A DNA stretch of 64,000 nucleotides from a virus (taxonomy: Duplodnaviria > Caudoviricetes): IMG/VR virus record IMGVR_UViG_3300020460_000012. The stretch is one strand, 5' to 3'. Both the position numbers and the translations under genes were made by a program. Of this stretch, positions 48,392 to 57,976 are shown piece after piece (the first letter of the stretch is position 1; each line of letters opens with the position of its first letter). Under the pieces are notes generated by a model. It saw only the letters and a list, made by a program, of their open reading frames with translations, was not told the DNA's origin and did no database searches.

Positions 48392-49514
48392 TAATGTTGA
48401 TGTGTGTTAGTACGTTTTCGTACTTTATCTCGGCATTTAAGAGCCTTTTATCAGTGGTGATTGCATAGCCATTTAAGCCTACAAGTAAGTCCAAACGCCT
48501 TAAGTATTGTTGTTGATTTGGTAGTTTGAGCTCATCATATTCTACTCCAGGACGCATAGATACTTTATATTTTCCTTTTCCTAAGTTAAAATATCTAAAT
48601 ACCACTGCTTTATCAAGCTTAATTTTTTCTTTTGTCTTATGTACAATACTATCCATTAATATTCTATTATAATTACAATTGGCAGAATATTTTATTATAG
48701 TTTGTCCACTTGTACTTAATCTTGGACTAAAGTCTACAAGATATGGAACATTATCACGGACTACAAAATCAGCCATAAAAGGACCATTATTATAGTCTAA
48801 GCTTTCGCACATAATCTTGCAATAATTTCCTATATCACACTGTACAGACGTATCTACTTTGCTAGGCCAAGTAAACCCTGTTTCAGCTCTAAACGGAAGA
48901 TCACTAATTTCTATGTCATATATACAGTCTAAAATATATTCTCCATCTACTATTCTGCCTGATACACTTACAGTTGGCCCTTCAATAAACTCTTGGTATA
49001 TGTAATGGGAGTTTAGATCATTATAATGTATATCATCCAAAAAGTATCTATATTCACTCCAATTGTTTAACACTTTGATACCGATCCCGCCAGTGCCGTT
49101 AGCAGGTTTTGCTACCACAGGAAATTGTCTTCTTAGTTTTAAATGGGTTATTGGTACAGGTATACCAATATTATATGCATGGTTAGTATAATTTTCTTTA
49201 CTACTTAATATATCACATTGCTGTTTGTTAATACCTACTAGATCATGAATATATGGCAACATCATATCATTATACAAAGGAAAAATATAATCAATTTTGT
49301 GTGTAGATATAATTTCTCTAAGTTGATTTGCAAGTTCCTTTCTATCATCGGTGCTAATAATAAAATTAGGAATTTTATCTGGTACAGTAGGTAGTAGTTT
49401 GTCTAAAAAATCACTTACATGTGTCTGCCATGTATATAACTTATAATTGTTTAGTTCTTGTGTAGTGTATCTTAAATTATCACTTTGATAGTTTATAATT
49501 ACTTTAGGAGCCAT
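48378..49514 (-). CDS. ATP-grasp domain ligase (amino-acid ligase-like), 378 aa
   Basis: VVAKPANGTGGIGI, YQEFIEGPTVSV and ADFVV...LVDFSPRLS. Confidence 0.8.
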   Translation of the reverse strand: MAPKVIINYQSDNLRYTTQELNNYKLYTWQTHVSDFLDKLLPTVPDKIPNFIISTDDRKELANQLREIISTHKIDYIFPLYNDMMLPYIHDLVGINKQQCDILSSKENYTNHAYNIGIPVPITHLKLRRQFPVVAKPANGTGGIGIKVLNNWSEYRYFLDDIHYNDLNSHYIYQEFIEGPTVSVSGRIVDGEYILDCIYDIEISDLPFRAETGFTWPSKVDTSVQCDIGNYCKIMCESLDYNNGPFMADFVVRDNVPYLVDFSPRLSTSGQTIIKYSANCNYNRILMDSIVHKTKEKIKLDKAVVFRYFNLGKGKYKVSMRPGVEYDELKLPNQQQYLRRLDLLVGLNGYAITTDKRLLNAEIKYENVLTHINITKQS

Positions 49515-50115
49515 ATGTAACCTTATCCCTCATAAATGTGTTCATATAGTGAAATTTCATACTAACAAATCTTATTGTTACATCATACGGTAAAGGCTTA
49601 CCTCCTAAGCAATGATCATACAATTTGTTTCCAGTCATATGTCCTGCTTTTACATATGCGGCATCTGTAATATTATATTTTTCATCGTACAATTTACCCA
49701 TCTTATCACCAAACTTTGATACATTTTGTCCTTGTAGTTGATTGCTTCCTTTTTTACTTACATTGTCTATGTCAAATTTTCTAATCCAAAAAGCACCCCA
49801 CTTTCCTCTTTCTTCACAATCGTCTATTTGGAACTTTACAAGTTTCGATATATTTTTTATATTAGTAAAATGACTTTGATCCCGTCTTGCTAGCAAAGTA
49901 TCAGTAGTAGTCCAAGGCATATTAGGCAAGTTGTTGTTTGCAATTACTGCTTGTATTTCATCGTCATGTATAGATGCATATACATTTCTATCATCTGCAA
50001 TGTATTTTACATTTTGCCATTGTGGATCTTTTTGCAGTGAGTGTAATTCAATTTGCGTATTAATAAATTTATAAAACATTTCTTTATGTTCGAAAGTTAG
50101 TTTAACACACTTCAT
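49504..50115 (-). CDS. Hypothetical protein (possibly degenerate GNAT-like fold), 203 aa
   Basis: Coupled to both neighbours (TAATG overlap upstream, 11-nt overlap downstream). The fold guess is weak. Confidence 0.65.
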   Translation of the reverse strand: MKCVKLTFEHKEMFYKFINTQIELHSLQKDPQWQNVKYIADDRNVYASIHDDEIQAVIANNNLPNMPWTTTDTLLARRDQSHFTNIKNISKLVKFQIDDCEERGKWGAFWIRKFDIDNVSKKGSNQLQGQNVSKFGDKMGKLYDEKYNITDAAYVKAGHMTGNKLYDHCLGGKPLPYDVTIRFVSMKFHYMNTFMRDKVTYGS

Positions 50116-51050
50116 TAGTATCCGCCTTCATTTCTTAATACATGTTCGAAGAAAGGAGCTACAGTCCAATTTTCAGTTAATCTACCCCTATTAGGATTAT
50201 CATGGTCAACAACACCGTCGTCATTTACAGACCAATCTACTAATCGAATTAAGATAGTACCTATTCTTGTTTTATATTCAAACATTCTACTAGTCATTCT
50301 ATCGCCATCTTGCGGACCTGCTTTAACTACTCCACTACTTGTTTCAAAAATATTTTCTTTTTTTACTCCTAGTTCTTTTACAGCTAAGTCCATTAGTTCT
50401 TCCATTGAATAACTACTATCTTGCATATGTCTACCAATAAGTCCTACACTTTTCATACGAAGCACAGGTGTTATTCTATTATAAGGAGCAGTAGTATTAA
50501 AATTTATTCCACTTTTTTCTGCAAGATCAGTGAAAACTTCTACTTGTCTACGCATTGTCCTTTCATTTACACCTTTTGCAATAATTGTTCCTGTATTCAC
50601 AGGTAATCTAGCATCGAAAATATTTTTTAAAGCTCTTACTTTTGCAGTCGCCCATTTACCTTCATCTAGTATTTTATAAACTTCGTCGTCGTCTGCACCA
50701 TTCATTGAATGTAATAATAAACGCAATCCAGCATCTTTTAATTTTTGAACATATTCTGGTCTTGCTAGTTTCAGTCCATTAGTTGTTACACTAGGTCTGT
50801 GACCGTATTTTTTAACTGCGGTAATTATTTCTGGTAGATCTTCACGCATAGTAGGTTCTGCTCCGATAATACGTATGTAAGATCTAAAAGGTAATCGCTG
50901 TAAAAAATCAAATAGTTTATGTTTGTCTAAATCAGGTATATTCCGATTAGGAATATAACAGTTAGCACATTCCATTTGACATTTATGTGTAATATCAACT
51001 ACAATATTAGAAAAGGTATTGTTTTCTGGTTGAAGTTCGAAATACTTCAT
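50115..51050 (-). CDS. Radical SAM enzyme, MoaA/NifB/PqqE/SkfB-type core
   Basis: ATG at 51050 is preferred. CQMECANC, GAEPTMREDL, TTNG and KGVN. No C-terminal auxiliary Cys cluster. Confidence 0.85.
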   Translation of the reverse strand: MKYFELQPENNTFSNIVVDITHKCQMECANCYIPNRNIPDLDKHKLFDFLQRLPFRSYIRIIGAEPTMREDLPEIITAVKKYGHRPSVTTNGLKLARPEYVQKLKDAGLRLLLHSMNGADDDEVYKILDEGKWATAKVRALKNIFDARLPVNTGTIIAKGVNERTMRRQVEVFTDLAEKSGINFNTTAPYNRITPVLRMKSVGLIGRHMQDSSYSMEELMDLAVKELGVKKENIFETSSGVVKAGPQDGDRMTSRMFEYKTRIGTILIRLVDWSVNDDGVVDHDNPNRGRLTENWTVAPFFEHVLRNEGGY

Positions 51051-51051
51051 A

Positions 51052-51750
51052 CTAGATCCAGAACTGCACTCGCCACAGTGTTCTCGATCCAGTAAAAGCA
51101 TGGCGTCTATGCATTACTCTTATATTATCGTAAATAAGGATATCATTTGGTTCCCATTGATGTTCATATATATTCTTCTCACAATGTGTAATTAAATGAC
51201 TTACATCTATATCAGTTTGTAGTGAACCAGGACTAAAGTATAAAACTTTATCTCCAGTGATATGATGTGTATGTGCAAATTTTCTTGTTTGCTTGCGTTT
51301 TTCTAGTATTCTTTTTTGTTGTTCAGTAAAACAATAGTTGTATGCATCTGGAGGAAAATAAGTACCTTCTTGATCTTCTAATTCTTGTTTGTTAGGATAA
51401 GTTTGGTATGCATCTTTCATATCTACAAAATCTGTAGTGCTTTTTTCTCCGTTTAATTTATTGTAGAGCATTGTACCAAAATAATTTCCTCTACCATAAC
51501 TCCAATCATTATGCCATTCTACATCTCCGTCTATAAAAAGATCTGTCTCACTAACAATTTGTATGGTGTTATTTTTATTTAAAACATGATTTTTTGTATG
51601 AACTAGTTTACCTAAACGTGTTGACATTTGTTCATAGTCGGCAACACTTAGAGATCGATTGCCTTTGAACACAATTAATCCGTATTTTAATAACTCTTCT
51701 TGTAAATTTAGTTTATCGAAGGCGGTGATGTCATATACTTTTGGGGTCAA
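51052..51750 (-). CDS. TauD/TfdA-family 2OG-Fe(II) dioxygenase
   Basis: Likely TTG start at 51750 after AGGA. Motifs WHND, TDFVDM and WEPNDILIYDNIRVMHRR. Confidence 0.85.
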   Translation of the reverse strand: MTPKVYDITAFDKLNLQEELLKYGLIVFKGNRSLSVADYEQMSTRLGKLVHTKNHVLNKNNTIQIVSETDLFIDGDVEWHNDWSYGRGNYFGTMLYNKLNGEKSTTDFVDMKDAYQTYPNKQELEDQEGTYFPPDAYNYCFTEQQKRILEKRKQTRKFAHTHHITGDKVLYFSPGSLQTDIDVSHLITHCEKNIYEHQWEPNDILIYDNIRVMHRRHAFTGSRTLWRVQFWI

Positions 51751-51760
51751 GCTTTTAATC

Positions 51761-52102
51761 CTAATAAGTCGTTTTTTTACTAATTTTATTATACTTATCA
51801 GTGTGTATAACTGTAGCACCTTCAAAGTGAGGTGTTGTAGTATATGAAAGAATGACGCAAGGGTCACCTATTTCGCCTAATCTAGCACCCCCGCCATTTA
51901 ATTCGAATACTCCTTGGTCCCCTTTAATTACATAGGTACTCCATCGGTTGCCTGTGTTAAGATTAACTACATCAACTTTTTGATATTGATCTATATTAGC
52001 TTCATCTAAAAGAACACTACAGATAGTAACACTACCATCATAGTGCAATGATTTATCAGTAACTATTATATTTTGGATTTTGGATTGGATATATTCTTTC
52101 AT
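51761..52102 (-). CDS. panD: Aspartate 1-decarboxylase (pyruvoyl-dependent), 113 aa
   Basis: SKI, the HYDG|S self-cleavage site, GNRWSTY (Arg54/Thr57/Tyr58 equivalents) and LNGGGAR...GD. Confidence 0.9.
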   Translation of the reverse strand: MKEYIQSKIQNIIVTDKSLHYDGSVTICSVLLDEANIDQYQKVDVVNLNTGNRWSTYVIKGDQGVFELNGGGARLGEIGDPCVILSYTTTPHFEGATVIHTDKYNKISKKTTY

Positions 52103-52108
52103 AGTACT

Positions 52109-52137
52109 ATTGTACTACAAAGTATACAATATGTCAA
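52109..52137 (-). promoter_or_regulatory. sigma70 promoter for the panD operon
   Basis: TTGACA-17 nt-TACAAT. The -10 box ends 6 nt before the panD ATG, consistent with a leaderless transcript. Confidence 0.8.
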
Positions 52138-52141
52138 TCAA

Positions 52142-53680
52142 TTAGTGTAAAGCTACCCAAGCTGTTCCGTCATAACCTTGGAACTTAGCAGTACCTACGT
52201 GGAAAATTATCATACCTGCTTGAGGATTTGTTACAGCTGAATTTCTTGCCGCATCGTCTGCAAAGTTAGGAACTTTCACAGGACCTGTAAATGCCGCAGT
52301 TGAATCTATTGTACCAATGGATAGTACAACTTGTTGAGTACCGTCTGCCTTCGTATTATACATCTGTATTGAAGCAGGTATATGTGTTGCTTGTGGAGCC
52401 GCATCTACTACAGATCTAATACCAGAAGCACCTTTGTATGCTGATCCGTTGTAACCAGCCATTCCGTAACCACCTAACACATCACCTATTTGTACAGCAG
52501 TTGGAGCTGATTTTGTTCCTCTAGCTCTAAGTACTCCCATACTTGAACCAAAGCTACTATCATTTGCATGTAGAATTGAAACAGGTATTGTACCTTCTGT
52601 AGCAGTGTCGTTATAAATTCTTAGTGTTTTACTTCCTACTGATGCTTGACTACTTCCAACTATTGTATTTCTTGGAAATTGTATTGTACCGTTAGCCGCC
52701 TCTGTTGAAATAATAAAGTTAGTACCAGTGCTATTTGTAACCAAGTACATAGTGTTAGGGTCAGTAAGTGTACCTAAATGTACATTCCTACCTTGTACAC
52801 TTTCTGATTTTACTGGACCTGTTACATAACCTGATATACCATCAATCATAGTCGACGAATCATCTGCAAAAACTGAACCTTTAAAAGTACCATTATGGTC
52901 ACCATTCGAAGTTCCGTTGAATGTGCCATTAAATGTAGCAGTTTTGCTGTCAACAATTCTAGTTGAATCTGTAGCAAATATATCACCTTGCACATCACCA
53001 AAAAACTGACCAGTGTCAGCTTCGAATATTTTTACAGTACCAGCCGCAACAGATGTGTAAATATCACCTTGGAAATTACCAATAAAATCTCCATTAAATC
53101 TTGCTAGATTTGGATCATATGCTACAGTTCCGTTATCGTGTTTTAATTTGAGTCCGTTTGCTGTCTTTTCGCTTGTATCAATAAGTGTGGTAATGGAATT
53201 AACTTTTAAATCACCGCCTACTACATCACCTACAATTGAGCTAGTAATATGGTCTACCAGTAAACTACTATCTGAACCAACAATAGATAGCCTCATTTGG
53301 CTATCAACTAATGCACTAGCAACAAAATTTGTACCATCATGCAGTAAAATATCACCATTGTTTGGTTGCCCATCTGGATAAAGTATATCAGTGTGTTGGT
53401 TGGCGTTACCAAATGATACTGATTCAAGGTTTGTAGGTCTCCAGTCTGCTGTACCGCCGTTATATGCTAAAACCTGTCCATTTGAAACTGTACCAACTGT
53501 AACATCTGAAAGGCTATTAAGGTTGCCACCACCGGCACCACCTTGTACTATATTACCGCCAGCAGTAGTTCCATCACCTATGTAAAGTGCTTTTGTATCA
53601 GTGGTGTAGATAAGCTCACCCGCTTTAGGCGTGATAAGCTGACGTTCTGCGTTAGTACCTCGTCTTAGCCTTAATGCCAT
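52142..53680 (-). CDS. Tail fibre/virion protein with Mtd-N-like N-terminus, 512 aa
   Basis: MALRLRRGT...GELIYTTDTKALYIGDG, an LSDV...GQVLAYNG fibre repeat, and C-terminal AGMIIF...KFQGYDGTAW. Confidence 0.7.
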   Translation of the reverse strand: MALRLRRGTNAERQLITPKAGELIYTTDTKALYIGDGTTAGGNIVQGGAGGGNLNSLSDVTVGTVSNGQVLAYNGGTADWRPTNLESVSFGNANQHTDILYPDGQPNNGDILLHDGTNFVASALVDSQMRLSIVGSDSSLLVDHITSSIVGDVVGGDLKVNSITTLIDTSEKTANGLKLKHDNGTVAYDPNLARFNGDFIGNFQGDIYTSVAAGTVKIFEADTGQFFGDVQGDIFATDSTRIVDSKTATFNGTFNGTSNGDHNGTFKGSVFADDSSTMIDGISGYVTGPVKSESVQGRNVHLGTLTDPNTMYLVTNSTGTNFIISTEAANGTIQFPRNTIVGSSQASVGSKTLRIYNDTATEGTIPVSILHANDSSFGSSMGVLRARGTKSAPTAVQIGDVLGGYGMAGYNGSAYKGASGIRSVVDAAPQATHIPASIQMYNTKADGTQQVVLSIGTIDSTAAFTGPVKVPNFADDAARNSAVTNPQAGMIIFHVGTAKFQGYDGTAWVALH

Positions 53681-53713
53681 GTTAATAACTCCTGGATCTT
53701 CATTTCTTATTAG

Positions 53714-53721
53714 TATTTATA
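53714..53721 (-). promoter_or_regulatory. Perfect T4 late promoter TATAAATA
   Basis: Upstream of the AGGAG RBS of 52142-53680. Confidence 0.65.
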
Positions 53722-53747
53722 CCTTTTTAGAGATAAACTTCGTTTAA

Positions 53748-54062
53748 TTATTTACGCTTCATAAAAGTTTTTGTTTGGGTTTTGACATCATTTACTAGAC
53801 TAGGAGTATCTAGCTTAAATTCAACATATTGAATCATTTCGTTGTATTCTTTAAAAAAGGTATTTAGAGTCTCCTCTAACGACATCATGCCGGATTTGCC
53901 AGCAGTTTTATTTTTGTCGATGTCTATATCCCACTTTTTACCGTCAGTAAATGTTACTTGCACACTTACTATGTATTTGACAGGAATAGCTTTTAGTTCG
54001 ACATGTTCGAAAACTTCTGGCCAATAATCAACTACTTCTGCTGGTAGACGATTCTTAGACAC
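53748..54062 (-). CDS. Hypothetical protein, 104 aa
   Basis: Overlap-coupled to the upstream gene. No motif. Confidence 0.7.
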   Translation of the reverse strand: MSKNRLPAEVVDYWPEVFEHVELKAIPVKYIVSVQVTFTDGKKWDIDIDKNKTAGKSGMMSLEETLNTFFKEYNEMIQYVEFKLDTPSLVNDVKTQTKTFMKRK

Positions 54063-54657
54063 TCTCGAGAGACTTCTTAGAAGACTTCTTCTTGGTAGGA
54101 ACCAGCTCTTCTGCTTGCTCTCTTAGTCTCTTTGCTTCTTTAAACAAAGAATCAGCTTGTGAACGATATTGTGCGGCTAAATCATCATCGCTTAGTACAC
54201 CATCGTTGTCTGCTGGTTGGTTGACAGGCGTAGCTTCTTGTACAGGAGCCTCTTCAGATCCGCTTGTTTCTTCTGGGGCCTTAAGTGCTAAATCAGCTAC
54301 AGTTACACCTTTTTGTTCTGCAATTATCTTGTTTAGTTCTGCAAGATTTACAACATCATTAGTTGTAGGAGTCATTTCAACTGTATCACTAGGAACTTTC
54401 ATCATCTTTCCTTGTGTATGAAATCTTGCAAGCATATTTGAACCATCTGGTAGCATAGTTCTTGCCATTACAGTTGCAAATTCGTCAGCTTCTTGTCCAG
54501 CCGATCCCTCTACAGTTTTAATTAATGTGTCGTGTTCTTCAGCCGCCAAACTTTGTGTTTGTACAATGACACTTTGGTCAGCTTCACCAGGTACTACCCT
54601 GTAAGCTACTATCACCTTACTTTGATTGTTGGCCATTCGGCCTACATGTTTTAACAT
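54055..54657 (-). CDS. Hypothetical protein, 200 aa
   Basis: AAGGAG RBS. Acidic linker and helical C-terminus. Confidence 0.8.
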   Translation of the reverse strand: MLKHVGRMANNQSKVIVAYRVVPGEADQSVIVQTQSLAAEEHDTLIKTVEGSAGQEADEFATVMARTMLPDGSNMLARFHTQGKMMKVPSDTVEMTPTTNDVVNLAELNKIIAEQKGVTVADLALKAPEETSGSEEAPVQEATPVNQPADNDGVLSDDDLAAQYRSQADSLFKEAKRLREQAEELVPTKKKSSKKSLESV

Positions 54658-54667
54658 ATTTTTCTCC

Positions 54668-54952
54668 TTAAGATGCCGGTTGCTGAGGCTGTTGTTGTGC
54701 TACTGCTTGAAGGAAAGTTTCTAACTTTTGATAAGTTTGTCCAACAGTTACCATTTCGTTAGGTCTAAAAGCACCTCGCTGACTAGCAACATCAATAATA
54801 CTTTTAATAGACTGCAAATCCTGAACGGTTAAATCAGGTCCGGCTTGAGCCTCAGGTGCCGCTTCAGATGGTGTACCTACAGGCTCACCAGCAAGTGCAG
54901 TTGCCGCATCTGCCGCGTCTACTGAATCATTTTTTGCTTCATTATCGCTCAT
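54668..54952 (-). CDS. Hypothetical protein, 94 aa
   Basis: AGGAG RBS. Acidic A/P-rich N-terminus followed by a helical LTVQDLQSIKSIIDVASQRGAF segment. Confidence 0.75.
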   Translation of the reverse strand: MSDNEAKNDSVDAADAATALAGEPVGTPSEAAPEAQAGPDLTVQDLQSIKSIIDVASQRGAFRPNEMVTVGQTYQKLETFLQAVAQQQPQQPAS

Positions 54953-54989
54953 AATTTTTTCTCCTATATAATTAATTATGTTAAATTTA

Positions 54990-55271
54990 TTATGAGTACT
55001 TTAAATGTGGACAAGCTAACATAAAGTAACTCATATCTCTATTTTCTTCAAACCCAACAGTAATTATCTGAGAAAGTTTGTTGTCTTTGTCTAAAGTGAC
55101 TTTGCGTCCAACGTAATATCTGTTCTTAACATTAGATTGAATCCATTTACTTAGACTTGTTTCTAGGTTGTATTTTAATGGTAAGTCAACGTATTCAAAA
55201 TAAGGCACAGGTGATTTTACCTGCCTAATGTTGAAAACATTAAACGGATTAGGTTTTTTATCTTTTATCAT
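54990..55271 (-). CDS. Hypothetical protein, 93 aa
   Basis: ATGA overlap with the vWA gene. Confidence 0.7.
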   Translation of the reverse strand: MIKDKKPNPFNVFNIRQVKSPVPYFEYVDLPLKYNLETSLSKWIQSNVKNRYYVGRKVTLDKDNKLSQIITVGFEENRDMSYFMLACPHLKYS

Positions 55272-56713
55272 GCGGCTTCTTCATAGTGTGCAGTTATACC
55301 AAAAGGTGCCTGCAAGTTTTTATCTCTGTTACTATGGATTACAAATACAGTTTCACAGTAGTCTTCTTCTCCCCAAGAATCCCATGCATATCCATCTGTA
55401 AACATAAGAAGTTTTTTAGGAACAATATTGTGTTCTTTCATGTAGGTCCAATTTACCATAAAGTCGGTGCCACCACCGCCGTGTACTTCATAGTCCTCTA
55501 AGCTTTCTCCGCCATCTGCACTGAAGTCTGCTTCATTGTATACTTCAGTGTCAAAGCACCACAATTTAATATTGTAGTCTCTGTATTCATCCATAATACC
55601 TTTTACTTCACCTAAAAAATCTTTAGCCTGATCGTTGCCAATTGAACCTGACATATCAATACAGATGCACAAATCAATAGTTTCTTGAAAATTCATTCCA
55701 GGAAGTATAGCACCAGTATGCCATCCCTTCCTACCAGGACGACTAAAAGTGTAATCATCACGTATAGTAGATTGTATTTGTTGACGTAGTATTTCACGCC
55801 AGTTCATTTTAGGTTCTGTAAACTCTTTTATCATACGTTCAACACCTGCAGGAACATTACCAGCACCTGCACTCTGTGCCGCCGAGATCATGTTTTCTTT
55901 AATCTCGTCACGTATCTTTCTAAGCTCTTCTTTACTGTATGAAGGTCGACCTTTTCCTTTAGTAGGCTCACCGTCTCCACTATTAGCACTAGGTGCTTGT
56001 CCTTGTTGATCTTCGTTAGGATCTTTACTCCAGTCAACATGCTCATCAAGAAGTTCGCCTAGTTGTTTAAGTTCTTCTTCATCAAATTTTTGTTCAAGAT
56101 CATCATATACTTCTTCAGAAGTCCAATTTTCATATTTAAAATCTTGGTAACAATCAATTATCTTAGGCTTCTCTCCAATACCTTCACGTACCAAAAGATT
56201 ATTTACAATATAATCACATGCAATATTATAAAGCATTGCATCTCTATCTTCACGTCTTAAAAGGTGATCAAATACACAATGTAATATTTCGTGTGCAATA
56301 ACAAATTCAATCTCACGATTGTTTAGAGCATTAAAAAACTGTGTGTTAAAATATAAGTTCCTACCATCTACTGCGGCTGTAGGACACCAATCATCTGCAG
56401 GTACAATTCTAAGGCGTGTAGCCATATTGCCAAAGAAAGGATGCCTTAGTAGTAAACCTACACGGGCAACAATAATGCGATCTTGTACATCTTCTCGCAT
56501 TAATTTTAATTCTTCTTCAGTAAGATCTGGATTAGGCTTCCAATTCTTTTTGCCTATTTGCTCTCTGACACCATTTAACACTCTGCCCATATCAACGTTT
56601 TTACCTATTTTTGGAATAGGTGCATTTGAGTTTGGGTCTTCATTTAATGCATGATTAGTGATATGCTCAATCATTGCATTTTCTTCTTGAATTTGTTTTT
56701 GTGTCAGTGCCAT
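55268..56713 (-). CDS. HExxH metallopeptidase-like + vWA domain protein (DUF2201-like), 481 aa
   Basis: TAAVDG...HEILH (HExxH), N.ACD, vWA MIDAS motif IDMSGS, GGGGTDF and FTDGY. Confidence 0.85.
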   Translation of the reverse strand: MALTQKQIQEENAMIEHITNHALNEDPNSNAPIPKIGKNVDMGRVLNGVREQIGKKNWKPNPDLTEEELKLMREDVQDRIIVARVGLLLRHPFFGNMATRLRIVPADDWCPTAAVDGRNLYFNTQFFNALNNREIEFVIAHEILHCVFDHLLRREDRDAMLYNIACDYIVNNLLVREGIGEKPKIIDCYQDFKYENWTSEEVYDDLEQKFDEEELKQLGELLDEHVDWSKDPNEDQQGQAPSANSGDGEPTKGKGRPSYSKEELRKIRDEIKENMISAAQSAGAGNVPAGVERMIKEFTEPKMNWREILRQQIQSTIRDDYTFSRPGRKGWHTGAILPGMNFQETIDLCICIDMSGSIGNDQAKDFLGEVKGIMDEYRDYNIKLWCFDTEVYNEADFSADGGESLEDYEVHGGGGTDFMVNWTYMKEHNIVPKKLLMFTDGYAWDSWGEEDYCETVFVIHSNRDKNLQAPFGITAHYEEAA

Positions 56714-56748
56714 TGTGCCTATACCCTCTTTTCTAACTTTATATACAT

Positions 56749-56776
56749 ATTATAACATATTTAACAAGTTTGTCAA
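56749..56776 (-). promoter_or_regulatory. sigma70 promoter (repeat copy A)
   Basis: TTGACA-16 nt-TATAAT with an extended TG. Flanks match copy B at 57959-58012. Confidence 0.8.
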
Positions 56777-56780
56777 CCAG

Positions 56781-56815
56781 AAAAATGGAGAGCGGATACA
56801 TAATACCCGCCCTCC
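56781..56815 (-). terminator. Rho-independent terminator after the MoxR ATPase gene
   Basis: GGAGGGCGGGUA-UUAUG-UAUCCGCUCUCC forms a 12-bp stem with 2 GU pairs, followed by AUUUUU. Confidence 0.8.
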
Positions 56816-56821
56816 TAGCTA

Positions 56822-57910
56822 TTAAGACGCCTGAGCGGCCTTAATATACTTGCCATATCGCTCGTGGAATTCGTCAAAGCATTCCACTGCGTCTGGGTCA
56901 ATGGGTAACGAATATTGAGTAAGTGCGAGCTTTATGCCCATTACAACTAACTCAGTATCAAAGTTATCCATTGAAAATCGCAGGAAGTTGTTGACTTTAT
57001 CGTCAAACTTTTTGTCACCTTTATCACATGCTTCTTTCAGCTCGTAACATAATGACACAGTGAGGGAATACATAGCACTGATTTCTTTACTGGTCATCTC
57101 AGTGACCTTCCCTGCGAGTATATCAGTTGGATTAGGCATTTGACTAGCAACCTTACGGTGTGCCATAAACTTCACTGCTAGTCCTTCACCAACTGCACCA
57201 CTAACCAAATCGGTTGTAGTGGATTCGTCTACATCGTCATCCAATAATTCTGAAATGAACGACCACGAACGAGGTGTTGCAAAAGAACGACTTGGACTTT
57301 TCGGATCAAAGTCATATAAGTCTTTCTTCGCAAAAGTTAAGTAACCAACAACGTCTTGGTGTTGGTCGTTAGTAACAGCCCACTGAAACCAGTCGTCCCA
57401 AACAACTGTAAGTTCAATATGGATAAATCTGTTAGCCAACGGAGCAGGCATTCTGTATGTAACACCTTTGTCGGCCTCTCTGTTACCAGCGGCAATAATT
57501 AAAACGTTATCTGGAAGCTTATACTGTCCAATACGTCTGTTAAGTATAAGTTGATAAGCCGCCGCTTGCACACTAGGTGCCGCGGAATTCATCTCATCTA
57601 AAAATAACACAACATAGTCAAATTGTGCCGCAAATTCTTCACTAGGTAATTCTGCAGGAGGTGCCCAAACCATTGTGCCTGCATTGCTATCAAAATACGG
57701 AATACCTTTAATATCTGTAGGTTCCCATAGTGATAGTCGAATATCAATTAAATGACTGTTACCTAAGTCATTTGTAATCTGTCCAACAATATCGGACTTA
57801 CCAATGCCTGGGGGTCCCCATAAGAAGATTGGACGTTTCTTCGTCATAGCATGTCTAATGCTCTTCTTAGCTTGGTTTGGTCCTACTGTTCTAAGTGCTG
57901 TCTGTTCCAT
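56822..57910 (-). CDS. MoxR-like AAA+ ATPase
   Basis: ATG at 57910 after GAGGG. Walker A GPPGIGKS, Walker B LFLDE, AAGNR, PAPLANRF and TPRSW. Confidence 0.9.
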   Translation of the reverse strand: MEQTALRTVGPNQAKKSIRHAMTKKRPIFLWGPPGIGKSDIVGQITNDLGNSHLIDIRLSLWEPTDIKGIPYFDSNAGTMVWAPPAELPSEEFAAQFDYVVLFLDEMNSAAPSVQAAAYQLILNRRIGQYKLPDNVLIIAAGNREADKGVTYRMPAPLANRFIHIELTVVWDDWFQWAVTNDQHQDVVGYLTFAKKDLYDFDPKSPSRSFATPRSWSFISELLDDDVDESTTTDLVSGAVGEGLAVKFMAHRKVASQMPNPTDILAGKVTEMTSKEISAMYSLTVSLCYELKEACDKGDKKFDDKVNNFLRFSMDNFDTELVVMGIKLALTQYSLPIDPDAVECFDEFHERYGKYIKAAQAS

Positions 57911-57976
57911 TGTATTTCCCTCTGTATCTAACATAAGTGTTAAAGTTATCAGTGCTAATTTCTAACTTATATATAC

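Noticed and set aside
52142-53680. Possible diversity-generating retroelement target (Mtd-like N-terminus)
   Set aside because: There is no reverse transcriptase and no TR/VR near-duplicate with A-specific mismatches in the window. Only the N-terminal anchor resembles Mtd.
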